DNA of 64,000 nt from an uncultured Gemmatimonadales bacterium (lineage in GTDB: Bacteria; Gemmatimonadota; Gemmatimonadetes; Longimicrobiales; RSA9): assembly GCA_963783305.1 (NCBI GenBank), contig CAWAMW010000015.1, positions 1 to 64,000 on the forward strand. Direction: 5' to 3'. The translations under genes were made by a program, and so were the position numbers. Under the pieces are notes generated by a model, which saw only the letters and a list, made by a program, of their open reading frames with translations, searched no databases and was not told the DNA's origin. Positions 10,415 through 20,138 of this stretch are shown here, piece after piece (position 1 is the stretch's first letter; every line of letters starts with the position of its first letter).

Positions 10415-10855
10415 CTACCGCACGACCAGGTGGGCGATCATGCCCCGATCCTCGTGCACCCCGTGCTCCCCTTCGATCGGACAGTAGACCTCGTACGTGC
10501 CTGGCTGCAGCCGCGCCTCCAGGTCCGCCCAGTCACCCGGTGGGATGGTGTCGGTCATCCACTCCTCCCCCTGCCCCTCCACCTCCAGGATGTGGGGGTA
10601 CTGCCCGTTGTTCCGGGCGCGGAACCGGACGGGTCCGTCCGACGTCTCGAGGGTGTCGCGGGCGAGTCGGACGTTCCACTCGGTGAGGATGACGGTGAGA
10701 GCGCTGGCGGAATCGGCGACCGCGGTGGCCGATTCGGGAAGGGTGTCCTGCATAAGGACGTCCTCCGGTGCCTGCGCCTCCTCGTTCCCCAGATCCTCGT
10801 TGGAGCAGGCCAGAGGCAGGACGGCCAGCGCGAGTGCAATGGTGAGCTTCTTCAT
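10415..10855 (-). CDS. Cupredoxin-domain lipoprotein
   Basis: Lipobox PLAC; His in YPHIL; PGTYEVYCPIEGEHGVHEDRGM supplies Cys/His/Met copper ligands. Confidence 0.75.
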   Translation of the reverse strand: MKKLTIALALAVLPLACSNEDLGNEEAQAPEDVLMQDTLPESATAVADSASALTVILTEWNVRLARDTLETSDGPVRFRARNNGQYPHILEVEGQGEEWMTDTIPPGDWADLEARLQPGTYEVYCPIEGEHGVHEDRGMIAHLVVR

Positions 10856-10922
10856 TCTCGACTCCTGATCGTGGGACGGTCAGCGGGAGACGCGCGCAAA
10901 GCCCGTTCCCGGCGCCGCTGGA

Positions 10923-12374
10923 TCAGACGTCGGCGAGCTTCCAGCGCGGCCCCTGCGGCGTGTCCTCGACGACGATGCCCGCGGCCACCAGCTCGTCTCG
11001 GATCGCATCGGCGCGGGCGAAATCACGATCCGAGCGGGCCTGCCTGCGTTCCTCCATCTTCCCCTCGACCCAGCTCGCCAGCTCATCGTCCGGTCCGGCG
11101 GACCGGTCCGCGAGCTCTATGAGGCCGAGGACGCGATCCATGGAGGCGAGGGCATCACGGGCCTCGCCGATGGCCGCGGCGCGACCGAAGCCGCCGGCGG
11201 CATCGAGCGCCGCGTTGGTCTCCCGGATGAAGGTGAAGAGGGCAGCGAGAGCGGCCGGCACATTGAGGTCGTCGTCGAGCCCGGCCTCGAAGGCCGCGAG
11301 GGCGCGGTCCGCGATGGGGGCGAGATCCGCGCCGGCGGCGCCATCCTGGTCGCCCTGGGCCAGGCGGCTGGATTCCAGGCGGTCGCGGAAATCGAGGATC
11401 CTGCGGAGCGCGGCGCGGGCGTCGTCGAGGCCGTCCCAGGAGAACCGGAGCTCCTTCCGATAGTGGGCGCTCATGAGGAGGTAGCGAACGGCGGCGGGGG
11501 TGTAGCCGGCGTGGTACACGTCGCCGACGCGCACGACGTTCCCGAGCGACTTCGACATCTTCTCGGTTTCCATCAGGAGGTGCCGCGCGTGGAGCCAGTA
11601 GCGGACGAACGGCCGGCCCGTGGCGCCCTCGGACTGGGCGATCTCGTCCTCGTGGTGAGGGAACGTCAGGTCCTCGCCACCGGTGTGGATGTCGAATGTC
11701 TCGCCCAGGTGCGCCATGCTCATGGCGGAGCACTCCAGGTGCCAGCCCGGGCGCCCGGCCCCCCATGGCGACGACCAGACCGCCTCGACCTCGCGGTCTA
11801 CGGGCTTCGCGGCTTTCCAGAGCGCGAAGTCCCGCGCGTCTCCCTTTTCGTACTCGTCGGCGGCCACACGTTCCCCCTGCCGGACCTCATCGAGGGGGAT
11901 GCGTGAAAGCTTGCCATATTCAGGGAACGACGTGATGTCGTAGAAGACGCTGCCATCGTCGGTGCGGTAGGCGTGCCCGTTCTCGACGAGGCGCTCCACC
12001 AGCCCGGTCATGGCGTCGATGTGGTCGGTGGCACGTGGGTACACGTCGGCATCGAGGGCGCCGAGGCCTCGCATCTCCTCCAGGAACCCGTCGATGTGGG
12101 CGGTCACATACTCGCCGATGGCGAGCCCCTCCTGGTGGGCGCGGTCGATGATCTTGTCATCGACATCGGTCAGGTTCATGACGAACGTGACCTCATAGCC
12201 CTTCCACTCCAGGTAGCGATGGAGGACGTCGTTGAAGAGGAACGTGCGGTAGTTCCCGATGTGCGGGAGCTGGTAGACGGTGGGGCCGCAGGCGTACAGG
12301 CCCACGCGGCCTTCTTCCAGCGGCTGGAACGGCTCCAGCGAGCGTGTCAGGGTATTGTAGAACCGGAGCGCCAT
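10923..12374 (-). CDS. cysS: Cysteine--tRNA ligase
   Basis: CGPTVY, HIGN, GRPGWHLECSAM, FPHHEDE and KMSKS motifs. Confidence 0.98.
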   Translation of the reverse strand: MALRFYNTLTRSLEPFQPLEEGRVGLYACGPTVYQLPHIGNYRTFLFNDVLHRYLEWKGYEVTFVMNLTDVDDKIIDRAHQEGLAIGEYVTAHIDGFLEEMRGLGALDADVYPRATDHIDAMTGLVERLVENGHAYRTDDGSVFYDITSFPEYGKLSRIPLDEVRQGERVAADEYEKGDARDFALWKAAKPVDREVEAVWSSPWGAGRPGWHLECSAMSMAHLGETFDIHTGGEDLTFPHHEDEIAQSEGATGRPFVRYWLHARHLLMETEKMSKSLGNVVRVGDVYHAGYTPAAVRYLLMSAHYRKELRFSWDGLDDARAALRRILDFRDRLESSRLAQGDQDGAAGADLAPIADRALAAFEAGLDDDLNVPAALAALFTFIRETNAALDAAGGFGRAAAIGEARDALASMDRVLGLIELADRSAGPDDELASWVEGKMEERRQARSDRDFARADAIRDELVAAGIVVEDTPQGPRWKLADV

Positions 12375-12376
12375 GG

Positions 12377-13381
12377 CTACTCGATCTCCGGGCTCGACGC
12401 CCGGTCGCGCCCCGCCGCGAGACCGGCCAGGGCGGGGTTCTGTTCCTCACCCCAGTAGAGGGTGCGGTGCGGGAACGGGATCTCGATCCCCTCGGCATCG
12501 AACCGGTTCTTGATCCGCCGACGATACTGACGCGCCACATCCCACTGCTTGAGCGGAAGCGTCTTGAAGGAGACGCGGATGGTGACCGCGGAGTCGTCGA
12601 ATCGCTCCACGCCGGGGACGGTGGGCTCTTCTACAATGAGGGGCTTCCAGTCCGGATCCTTCGACAGCTGGATCGCCTCGTCGAGCATGACCTCCATGAC
12701 GCGGTCCACATCCTCCTTGTAGGCGACGCCGATCTCCAGGACGGCCCGGGACCAGCTCTTGGTGAGGTTGCTGAGGGTCTCCACAACACCGTTCGGGATG
12801 ATGTGCACCACGCCGTGGACGTCCCGGAGGACGATGGTGCGGAGCGTCATCTTCTCGACCATCCCGGCGGTGTCCTTGACGCGCACCACGTCTCCGACCG
12901 CGAACTGCCCCTCCACGAGCATGAAGCCGCCGGAGATGAGGTCCTTGACCAGCGACTGTGCGCCGAACGAGACGGCGAGGCCGAGGACACCGACACCGGC
13001 GAGGAGCGGTCCGATCTCAATGAACGTACCGAGGATCATGAGGGTGGCCAGGCCGGTGACGACCATGAGCCCGACGTTGTTCAGCAGGCTGGCCATGGTC
13101 TGGGCCCGCTGCTCGCGCAGGCGCTTGCGCACCAGGTCGATCTCGTCCACTTCCCGCTGGAGCCGGCGGGTGAACAGCTTGAGGAGCCGATAGGCGAGGA
13201 ACGCCAGGAGGACTATGAAGGCGACCCGCAGGAGGTCGCTGGTCAGCGCCGGCCAGTCGATGAACGTGCTCCAGTCGGTCGATCGGACCTGGTCCACCTG
13301 AGCCCTGACGCTGTCCGCGGCCTCGCGGATGCCCTCCCGAAATCCACTCGTGTCTTCGGTCTGCGGCTGCCCTGCGGTCAT
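12377..13381 (-). CDS. Small-conductance mechanosensitive channel (MscS family, YbiO-like)
   Basis: GLAVSFGAQSLVKDLISG, QFAVGDVV and GIEIPFPHR motifs. Confidence 0.93.
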   Translation of the reverse strand: MTAGQPQTEDTSGFREGIREAADSVRAQVDQVRSTDWSTFIDWPALTSDLLRVAFIVLLAFLAYRLLKLFTRRLQREVDEIDLVRKRLREQRAQTMASLLNNVGLMVVTGLATLMILGTFIEIGPLLAGVGVLGLAVSFGAQSLVKDLISGGFMLVEGQFAVGDVVRVKDTAGMVEKMTLRTIVLRDVHGVVHIIPNGVVETLSNLTKSWSRAVLEIGVAYKEDVDRVMEVMLDEAIQLSKDPDWKPLIVEEPTVPGVERFDDSAVTIRVSFKTLPLKQWDVARQYRRRIKNRFDAEGIEIPFPHRTLYWGEEQNPALAGLAAGRDRASSPEIE

Positions 13382-13815
13382 CGGAGAATTCGGATCTGTG
13401 AGACTTTCCAGGTGGGTCCCTCCCGCACAAAGCCTATGAAGACGGTGGCACGTTCCACCATCTGGGCACCCCCGGGACGAACGATCCAGGTGAGCTCCAC
13501 GAATGCGCGGTTGTCGGCGCCAGCGACGCGGGATGGTTGCCCGCCGCTCACGGTGACGGTCTCCTGGGCGCCGAAGAGGTGTCGGAGCGCCGCCACGGCG
13601 CGGCGGCCCGTGAGCTGGCCCACCGCCTGACCGTGGACCTCCAGCTCCAGACCGCTCCCGGCGCCCAGATTCGCGACCCCGCCCGCGTCACCGGACGCCC
13701 AGCGATCCACGAGGGCGACCACGACGGCGCCGAGATCGTCCTCCGCCCGCTGCGCGGCGGCGGGCGCGGCCATCATCGAGAGACCGAGCACGAGGGGGAG
13801 AAGACGACGGATCAT
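13378..13815 (-). CDS. Exported hypothetical protein (possibly NTF2-like fold)
   Basis: ATGA overlaps at both ends; signal peptide MIRRLLPLVLGLSMMAAPAAA; ends WKVSQIRILR. Confidence 0.75.
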   Translation of the reverse strand: MIRRLLPLVLGLSMMAAPAAAQRAEDDLGAVVVALVDRWASGDAGGVANLGAGSGLELEVHGQAVGQLTGRRAVAALRHLFGAQETVTVSGGQPSRVAGADNRAFVELTWIVRPGGAQMVERATVFIGFVREGPTWKVSQIRILR

Positions 13816-14522
13816 GCGCGTTCCGGCTCTCTCGCCGTGGCCACTTCCTGCAAGATCTGCTCGAACGCCTTCCGCGGGTCGTCCGCGGCGTGGATGGGGC
13901 GACCGATCACGAGGTAGTCGGCGCCGACCCGGACGGCCTCGGCCGGTGTGGCGGTGCGCGCCTGGTCGCCCGCCTGGGCTCCGGCGGGGCGGATCGCTGG
14001 TGTGACGACGAGGAAGTCCGAGCCGTGCCGGCGTTTCACCGCCTCCACCTCGAGGGCGGAGGAGACGACGCCGTCCAGACCGGCTTCCGCCGCCAGCGCG
14101 GCGAGGCGGGCCACGTCGTCCCGGATGGAGCGCAGCTCCTTGTCCCACACCTCCTCGATGTCCGACCCGGAAAACGAGGTGAGGAGCGTTACGCCCACCA
14201 GGGTGGGTCCCTCGAGCCCGATGGCATCCCGGGCGGCCCGCATCATGGCCGAGCCTCCGGACGCGTGCAGGGTGAGCATGTCGATGCCCAGCTCCGCGGC
14301 CGACTCCACCGCGCGCGCCACGGTGTGGGGGATGTCGTGGTACTTCAGGTCCAGGAAGACCCGCTTGTCCCGGTCCTTCAGCTCGCGGACCAGCGACGGT
14401 CCCTCCCGGGTGAAGAGCTGCACTCCCACCTTGAAGTAGTCGGCGGCCTCGCCGAGGTCCTCCACGAGGCGGAGCGCCTCCCGCGCCGACGGGAGGTCGA
14501 GCGCAACGATCAGATTATTCAT
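13812..14522 (-). CDS. pyrF: Orotidine-5'-phosphate decarboxylase
   Basis: LIVALD, FLDLKYHDIPHTV, VTPAIRP and LVIGRPI motifs. Confidence 0.97.
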   Translation of the reverse strand: MNNLIVALDLPSAREALRLVEDLGEAADYFKVGVQLFTREGPSLVRELKDRDKRVFLDLKYHDIPHTVARAVESAAELGIDMLTLHASGGSAMMRAARDAIGLEGPTLVGVTLLTSFSGSDIEEVWDKELRSIRDDVARLAALAAEAGLDGVVSSALEVEAVKRRHGSDFLVVTPAIRPAGAQAGDQARTATPAEAVRVGADYLVIGRPIHAADDPRKAFEQILQEVATAREPERA

Positions 14523-14535
14523 TCCACTCACCCTG

Positions 14536-15453
14536 TCAGTCCATGAGTCCGGCGCCCACCAGCTCGCGCACATCTCCCGCGGCGTGCCGCTTTCCATAGC
14601 GACGCAACTCTTCGACTACCCGCTCGGGCGCCCGCGGGTCCGCAAACGTAGCGGTCCCGATCTCCACCAGCGAGGCGCCGGCCAGAAGATATTGTACCGC
14701 GTCGGATCCCGATCGGATCCCACCCACGCCGATGATCGGTACCTGGATGCGGCGGGCGGCCTGCCAGACGGCGTGCACACCCATGGGCAGAACCGCGGGA
14801 CCACTCACGCCGCCGGTCCCCGCGCCCAGCACCGGCCGGCGACTGTCCACGTCGAACAGCAGCCCGGGGAAGGTGTTGATCAGGGTGATACCGTCCGCGC
14901 CCGCGTCCACGGCCGCGGCGGCGGTGGCGCCGATGTCCGGCAGGTTGGGCGCCAACTTCACCACCAGGGGCCGATCCGTGCGGGCGCGGGCGGCGGAGAC
15001 CACCTCGTCGAGGAGGTCGCGCCGGGCGCAGAAAACGGCCCCCCCTTCCTTCACGTTCGGGCACGAGACGTTCAGCTCGTATCCGAGAAAACCCTCCTCG
15101 CCGTCGAGACCGTCGATCACCGCCACATAATCCTCCACCACCTTCCCGGCGACGTTGACGAGGAGCTGGGCGGAGCGGAGCCGGTCTCGGAGCCAGGGGA
15201 GCTTTCCGGTACGGAACCCCTCGAGCCCGACGTTCGCCAGTCCGACGGAGTTCATCATGCCGACGCCGAACTCCGTGGCGCGCAGAGGCGGGTTCCCCCG
15301 GCGCGGCTCGGGGGTGACCGCCTTGGTCACCATTCCGCCCAGCGCGTCGAGGTCGAGGATCCCGTCCAGCTCACGGCCATACCCGGCGGTCCCGCCCGCC
15401 AGGAGGACGGGGTTCTGGAAGTGTGCGCCGAAGATCGTCTGCGACAGGTTCAC
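14536..15453 (-). CDS. pyrD: Dihydroorotate dehydrogenase (family 1 catalytic subunit)
   Basis: GNPP, NSVGLAN, ELNVSCPNV, INT and GGVSGPAV motifs; GTGA overlap with the amidase stop. Confidence 0.95.
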   Translation of the reverse strand: MNLSQTIFGAHFQNPVLLAGGTAGYGRELDGILDLDALGGMVTKAVTPEPRRGNPPLRATEFGVGMMNSVGLANVGLEGFRTGKLPWLRDRLRSAQLLVNVAGKVVEDYVAVIDGLDGEEGFLGYELNVSCPNVKEGGAVFCARRDLLDEVVSAARARTDRPLVVKLAPNLPDIGATAAAAVDAGADGITLINTFPGLLFDVDSRRPVLGAGTGGVSGPAVLPMGVHAVWQAARRIQVPIIGVGGIRSGSDAVQYLLAGASLVEIGTATFADPRAPERVVEELRRYGKRHAAGDVRELVGAGLMD

Positions 15454-16688
15454 GGGGTGGCCCCGAGCCACCGCTCACCCTGGTCCTCGAAGAACCGGTC
15501 CACGGCGTTGGCGATCCCCTCGGCCAGCTCGACCTGGAAGGAGCCGGAGCCCAGCAGGCGCTCCTCCGCAGGGTTCGAGACGAATGCGAGCTCCACGAGC
15601 ACCGCCGGCATGAAGGCGCCGATCAGGACAATGAACCCGGCCTGCTTCACTCCTCGATTGCGACCGTCGTGGAAGGCGCCGAACTCCTCCTGCACCAGTC
15701 CCGCCAGGTCGTACGATGCGCGGATGTAGAAGTCGTTCCGCAAGCTGTTGCGAATGAAGCCCAGGTCGTCGGAAGCCACCACGCGCTCCTGGGTCTCGTA
15801 CGCGACCGCCGCGTTCTCCATTTCCGCCACCCGCTGCTCGTCCTCCGTCCGGGCGTCGGAGAGGAAGAACGTCTCGAACCCGCGGACCCGCCGGTCCCCC
15901 ACGTTGTTGGCGTGGATGGACAGGAAGAGGCCGGGCCGATTCCCACGCCACTCGTTGGCGAGGTGCGGTCGGTCCTCGAGCGCGATGAGGGTGTCGGTGG
16001 TCCGCGTCATCCGGATGTCGTAGCCGCGTCCCGACAGCACCTTGGCCAGGCGGCGCGAGACCTGGAGCACGATGTCCTTCTCCTTCACCCCGCTGGGCCC
16101 GATGGCCCCCGGATCCGGACCGCCATGGCCCGCATCGATGATGACCAGGGGCGCCGCGCGCGCCGGCTTCCCCGCCGGGGCTGCCGGAGTCTCCTGCTCC
16201 CGCGCAATCGGCTTCCGCGCGGGCTGGCTGCGCGTGTCACGGTCGGCGGCCCCCGCCGACGACGACGGTGCCGACGCGGCAGACGCGAGGCTGAGGCGAC
16301 CGTCCGTGTAGACCAGACGGTCCGGGAACCGCCGCGGGAGCCACTCGGCGAACAGCTGATGGGGCAGATAGAAGACGCCGCCCTCCTGGTACGCGGGGTC
16401 GACCAGCTGCCAGGCCTTCCCGGCCGCGTGGAAGAAGGGGGAGCCGGCGTGGAACTCCAGGGTGTCGGTGCCGAAGGCGACGCGAGTCCCGCGGGCAGTG
16501 GGGTCCACCACCGCGCCGAGGGTGCGAAGCGTCCAAGCCGGGTATGCGGGGTAACCGCGGTGCGTGGCGGGCTCGACGGAAACGGGCTCCCCCACGCCCT
16601 CGACGTGCAGCGCGGAAGGCAGCGCCTGCGCGCGGAGCGCGCCGACAGAAAGCAGGATCACCGGCATCGCCAGGAAGAGGGCGCGCAT
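15450..16688 (-). CDS. N-acetylmuramoyl-L-alanine amidase (Amidase_3)
   Basis: Signal peptide from ATG 16688 (TGATG overlap with smpB); IIDAGHGG, EKD, SIHAN and AVLVELAF motifs. Confidence 0.93.
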   Translation of the reverse strand: MRALFLAMPVILLSVGALRAQALPSALHVEGVGEPVSVEPATHRGYPAYPAWTLRTLGAVVDPTARGTRVAFGTDTLEFHAGSPFFHAAGKAWQLVDPAYQEGGVFYLPHQLFAEWLPRRFPDRLVYTDGRLSLASAASAPSSSAGAADRDTRSQPARKPIAREQETPAAPAGKPARAAPLVIIDAGHGGPDPGAIGPSGVKEKDIVLQVSRRLAKVLSGRGYDIRMTRTTDTLIALEDRPHLANEWRGNRPGLFLSIHANNVGDRRVRGFETFFLSDARTEDEQRVAEMENAAVAYETQERVVASDDLGFIRNSLRNDFYIRASYDLAGLVQEEFGAFHDGRNRGVKQAGFIVLIGAFMPAVLVELAFVSNPAEERLLGSGSFQVELAEGIANAVDRFFEDQGERWLGATP

Positions 16689-17155
16689 CAGTGGCTCTTG
16701 AGCTCTCGTTCCATTTCGCGCTGGTGGGTCTTCCGCTTGAGCGTCTCGCGCTTGTCGTGGAGTTTCTTTCCGCGGCCGAGGGCGAGTTCGATCTTGGCGT
16801 TCCCGCGCCGGAAATGGAGGTCCAGGGGAACGAGGGCGAGCCCCTTCTCCTGGGTGGCGCCGATCAGCCGACGGATCTCCGTGGCATGGAGGAGCAGCTT
16901 GCGGGGCCGGAGCGGGTCCGCGTTCCAGCGGGCGGCGGGATCGTAGGGGGTTACGTGCATGTCGTAGAGCCACGCCTCGCCGTTGTCCAGGCGAGCGAAA
17001 GCGCCCGCGAGACTCACCTTCCCCTCGCGGATGGACTTGACCTCCGGGCCCCTGAGGACGAGTCCGGCCTCGTACGTGTCCAGGATCTCGTACTCGTGCC
17101 GCGCTTTCTTGTTGCGCGCCACGACTTTCCGACCGTCCGACCGTCCTTCTGCCAT
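16688..17155 (-). CDS. smpB: SsrA-binding protein
   Basis: NKKARHEY, EAGLVLRGPEVKSIR, RKLLLH and GKKLHDKR motifs. Confidence 0.98.
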   Translation of the reverse strand: MAEGRSDGRKVVARNKKARHEYEILDTYEAGLVLRGPEVKSIREGKVSLAGAFARLDNGEAWLYDMHVTPYDPAARWNADPLRPRKLLLHATEIRRLIGATQEKGLALVPLDLHFRRGNAKIELALGRGKKLHDKRETLKRKTHQREMERELKSH

Positions 17156-17229
17156 GCTCCGAATCCATCCCCTTCAGTTTGCCGTTGGACCCTCATACCC
17201 GAAACGCCCGACATTGCTCCTGCTCCGCG

Positions 17230-18228
17230 TCATGACAGCCGCTGCTTCTGCCGCCTCCGCGTCCGATGCATGGAGATCACCTGCGCAACCTCGCCGCCGA
17301 GGACGAACACCACGGCCGTGTAGTACACCCAGATCACCAGGATGATGAAGGTGGCGATGTTGCCCCACGTCGAGCCGAAATCCGCCACCACGGTGACGTA
17401 CCAGCTGAAGGAGAACTTCAGCGCCTCGCCCAGGATCGTGGTGAAGGTGGCGGCGGTGATCGCGGTGATCCACTTGATCCGCCGGGGGGGCAGATACCGG
17501 TAGATCAGGAGGAACATGAACCAGATGGTGATGGCCGCGACCAGCTGCGGCCAGAGCTGGTTCGCCTGCCCCATGAACGGGATGTCCGCGGGATCGATAT
17601 ACAGGACATCCGTGATGAAGCGCGCCGAGAATCGCAGCCCGATGGTGAGGGCGACGTTCAGGGCGAAGAGCGTGCCGGCGGCGAGCAGCATCTTGATGTC
17701 GAAGATCTTCCCGGCGATGATCCCGCGCCCCTCCGGGAGGTCGAAGATGTCGCGGAGCACCACGCGGAGGGTGCCGACGAGGCGGGTGGCCACCCACAGG
17801 AAGAAGAGCGTACCGACGCTCAGGAGTCCGGTGCCCTGTTCGGCCAGGTTGTTGAGGATGGCCTCGACGTCGAGGTTCACCGCCTGCGGGACCGTCGCGG
17901 AGAGGTAGTTGAGGAGCGTCTGCTGGGCATCGGCCTCGAGGAAGGCGACGACCGTTCCCGCTACGCCCACCACCGTGATCACCAGCGGGATGAACGCCAC
18001 CAGCACGTTGAAGGAGATGGCGCCCGCGAGGAAGAAGATCTCGTCCTGGGCGCCTTTCCTCCACACACCGCCGGCGATCTGGGCGAGGTAGCGACCGGAT
18101 CGCTTCAGCCAGGAGCGGTGCGGCTCCACTCGCCGCGGAGGCGGGGGCGGGGGCGCGTCGATCGGCCGCTCCCCTGCCTCGCTCTCAAGCGGGTCCAGCG
18201 CAGACTGGCGCTCGGTGGAATGCGGCAT
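17230..18228 (-). CDS. YihY/BrkB family membrane protein
   Basis: AGAISFNVLVAFIP and YRYLP motifs, multi-TM, LGGEVA near the C-terminus. Confidence 0.88.
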   Translation of the reverse strand: MPHSTERQSALDPLESEAGERPIDAPPPPPPRRVEPHRSWLKRSGRYLAQIAGGVWRKGAQDEIFFLAGAISFNVLVAFIPLVITVVGVAGTVVAFLEADAQQTLLNYLSATVPQAVNLDVEAILNNLAEQGTGLLSVGTLFFLWVATRLVGTLRVVLRDIFDLPEGRGIIAGKIFDIKMLLAAGTLFALNVALTIGLRFSARFITDVLYIDPADIPFMGQANQLWPQLVAAITIWFMFLLIYRYLPPRRIKWITAITAATFTTILGEALKFSFSWYVTVVADFGSTWGNIATFIILVIWVYYTAVVFVLGGEVAQVISMHRTRRRQKQRLS

Positions 18229-18240
18229 CCGGCACCGGGC

Positions 18241-18684
18241 TTACGCCTCGGTGGTCTCGCTGTCGCTGCCGGAGTGGGTCGCCTCGTCGGCGGGCGCGGC
18301 GCCCGAGGAGGCGCGTGCCGCGTCGAAGCCGGAGCGGAACGCGTCCCCCGACTCGCGCATCCGCCGCTCCATCTGCTCCCTCGAAGACCGCGCGGCCTCG
18401 CGGCCGGACTCCACCGCCCTGCGCGCGCTCTCGACGCCCTCATCGAACTGGCGCCGCACGTCGTCCACCGTGGAGTTCACGCTGTCCTGGACGTCGCGAA
18501 TACGGTCCTCCGCATCCTCCCGCATGCGATGGAAGCTCTCGGTCAGCTCTTCGCGCGTCTCCCGACCGGACTTCGGCGCGAAGAGCAGCGCGGCCGCAGC
18601 CCCCAACAGCAGGCCCCACACGAACGTGCCGAAATTGCCCGTGCGGTGCTCAATGATCACATATCCCTCGTCGTGCTCCGCCAT
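18241..18684 (-). CDS. YtxH domain protein
   Basis: GLLLGAAAALLFAPKSGRETRE motif. Confidence 0.9.
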   Translation of the reverse strand: MAEHDEGYVIIEHRTGNFGTFVWGLLLGAAAALLFAPKSGRETREELTESFHRMREDAEDRIRDVQDSVNSTVDDVRRQFDEGVESARRAVESGREAARSSREQMERRMRESGDAFRSGFDAARASSGAAPADEATHSGSDSETTEA

Positions 18685-18710
18685 GGTTCTACCTCCGATG
18701 ATGGCCGCCG

Positions 18711-20054
18711 CTACTTCACGGTCGCGGCAACAGTCTCCTTGAGCTTCTTCTGCGTGCAGCCGAGGATGCTGGCGGCCTTCTTCACATCGCCGTTCGTGAA
18801 CGCCAGCGTCTTCAGCATAATGATGGCCCCGGCCTCTTCCAGCGACGATCCGACGGGCACCCGTGCCTCCCGGTCCTCCAGCGCAGCCTGCCGCGGGCGG
18901 AGGTCCGACGCCTCGATCTTCCCGCCCTTCGCCAGGATCACCGCGCGCTCGATCGCGTTCTTGAGCTCGCGGACGTTGCCCGGCCAGCCGTACGTCTGGA
19001 TATACTCGATCGCCCCCTCACCGAAGCCCTCGATCTTCTTTTCATGCTCCTCGCCGAACCGCTCGAGGAACTCCTGCGCCAGCAGCTTGAGGTCCGGCCC
19101 ACGGTCCTTCAACGGTGGCAGCGTGATGGGGATCACCGCGAGCCGGTGGTACAGATCCTCGCGCAAGTCCCCGTCCTCCAGCGCCTTCTTTACGTCCTTG
19201 TTGGTCGCGGCGATCACCCGGATGTCGACCTCGATCTCCTTCTTCCCGCCCAGACGACGGAACGCACGCTGCTCCAGCGCCCGCAGGAACTTCACCTGCA
19301 CATCCGGCTCCATCTCGGCGACCTCGTCCAGGAACAGCGTGCCGCCATCCGCCAGTTCGAACGCGCCCGCCTTCTCATTGGTCGCGCCCGTGAACGCACC
19401 CTTCTCGTGGCCGAAGAGCTCGTTCTCCAGGATCTCCCGCGGGAACGCGCCGCAGTTCAGGGCGATGAACGGCCCCTTCTTTCGGCTCGACTTCTGGTGC
19501 ATGGCTCGGGCGACGAGCTCCTTGCCCGTACCGCTCTCCCCGATGATGAGCACGCTCGCGTTCGACGGCGCCACGGCCTCGATGATCGTGAACAGCTCCC
19601 GCATCTCGTCGGACTGCCCGATCATGTCCTCGTACTTCGTCAGGCTCTCCAGCTTCTTCTGGAGCTGCTGGTTCGACGTACGAACGTCGTACTTCTCCAG
19701 CGCCTTCGGGATCAGTGCCTTCAGACGCTCCACGTCCAGCGGCTTCGTCAGGTAGTCGTACGCGCCGTGGCGCATCGCCTCCACCGCCGAATCCACGGAC
19801 GCTTCTCCCGTGATCATGATGAACTCGCTGCCGATGCCGTTCTCCCGCATCTTCGCGAACAGCTCGAGGCCGTCCATCTCCGGCATCTTCAGGTCCGCGA
19901 GCACCAGACCGAACTCGTCGCTCTGGATCTTTTCCCACGCCTCCGCACCGTCCGTGGCCATCTCGGCGTCGTAGCCGTCCTCGGACAGGATCATCTGGAG
20001 ACCTTCCGCGACGTTTTTCTCGTCGTCGGCGATCAGGACTTTGCCGCCTGCCAT
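18711..20054 (-). CDS. Sigma54-dependent response regulator (NtrC family)
   Basis: Receiver (ADDE, DLKMP, KP), GESGTGKE, GAFTGA, LFLDE and WPGNVREL motifs. Confidence 0.96.
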   Translation of the reverse strand: MAGGKVLIADDEKNVAEGLQMILSEDGYDAEMATDGAEAWEKIQSDEFGLVLADLKMPEMDGLELFAKMRENGIGSEFIMITGEASVDSAVEAMRHGAYDYLTKPLDVERLKALIPKALEKYDVRTSNQQLQKKLESLTKYEDMIGQSDEMRELFTIIEAVAPSNASVLIIGESGTGKELVARAMHQKSSRKKGPFIALNCGAFPREILENELFGHEKGAFTGATNEKAGAFELADGGTLFLDEVAEMEPDVQVKFLRALEQRAFRRLGGKKEIEVDIRVIAATNKDVKKALEDGDLREDLYHRLAVIPITLPPLKDRGPDLKLLAQEFLERFGEEHEKKIEGFGEGAIEYIQTYGWPGNVRELKNAIERAVILAKGGKIEASDLRPRQAALEDREARVPVGSSLEEAGAIIMLKTLAFTNGDVKKAASILGCTQKKLKETVAATVK

Positions 20055-20138
20055 AATCGTTGGTATTCCTTGCGTTTCGTGAGATGAGACCGCGAAGTCC
20101 GAAGGTACCCGCGGGTGCGACTACGGGTCAAGCTGGCC

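Noticed and set aside
16689..17168. Apparent 160-aa N-terminal extension of the amidase overlapping smpB
   Set aside because: The signal peptide and TGATG coupling place the start at 16688.
17156..17229. tmRNA gene near smpB
   Set aside because: The gap is too short and has no tRNA-like ends.
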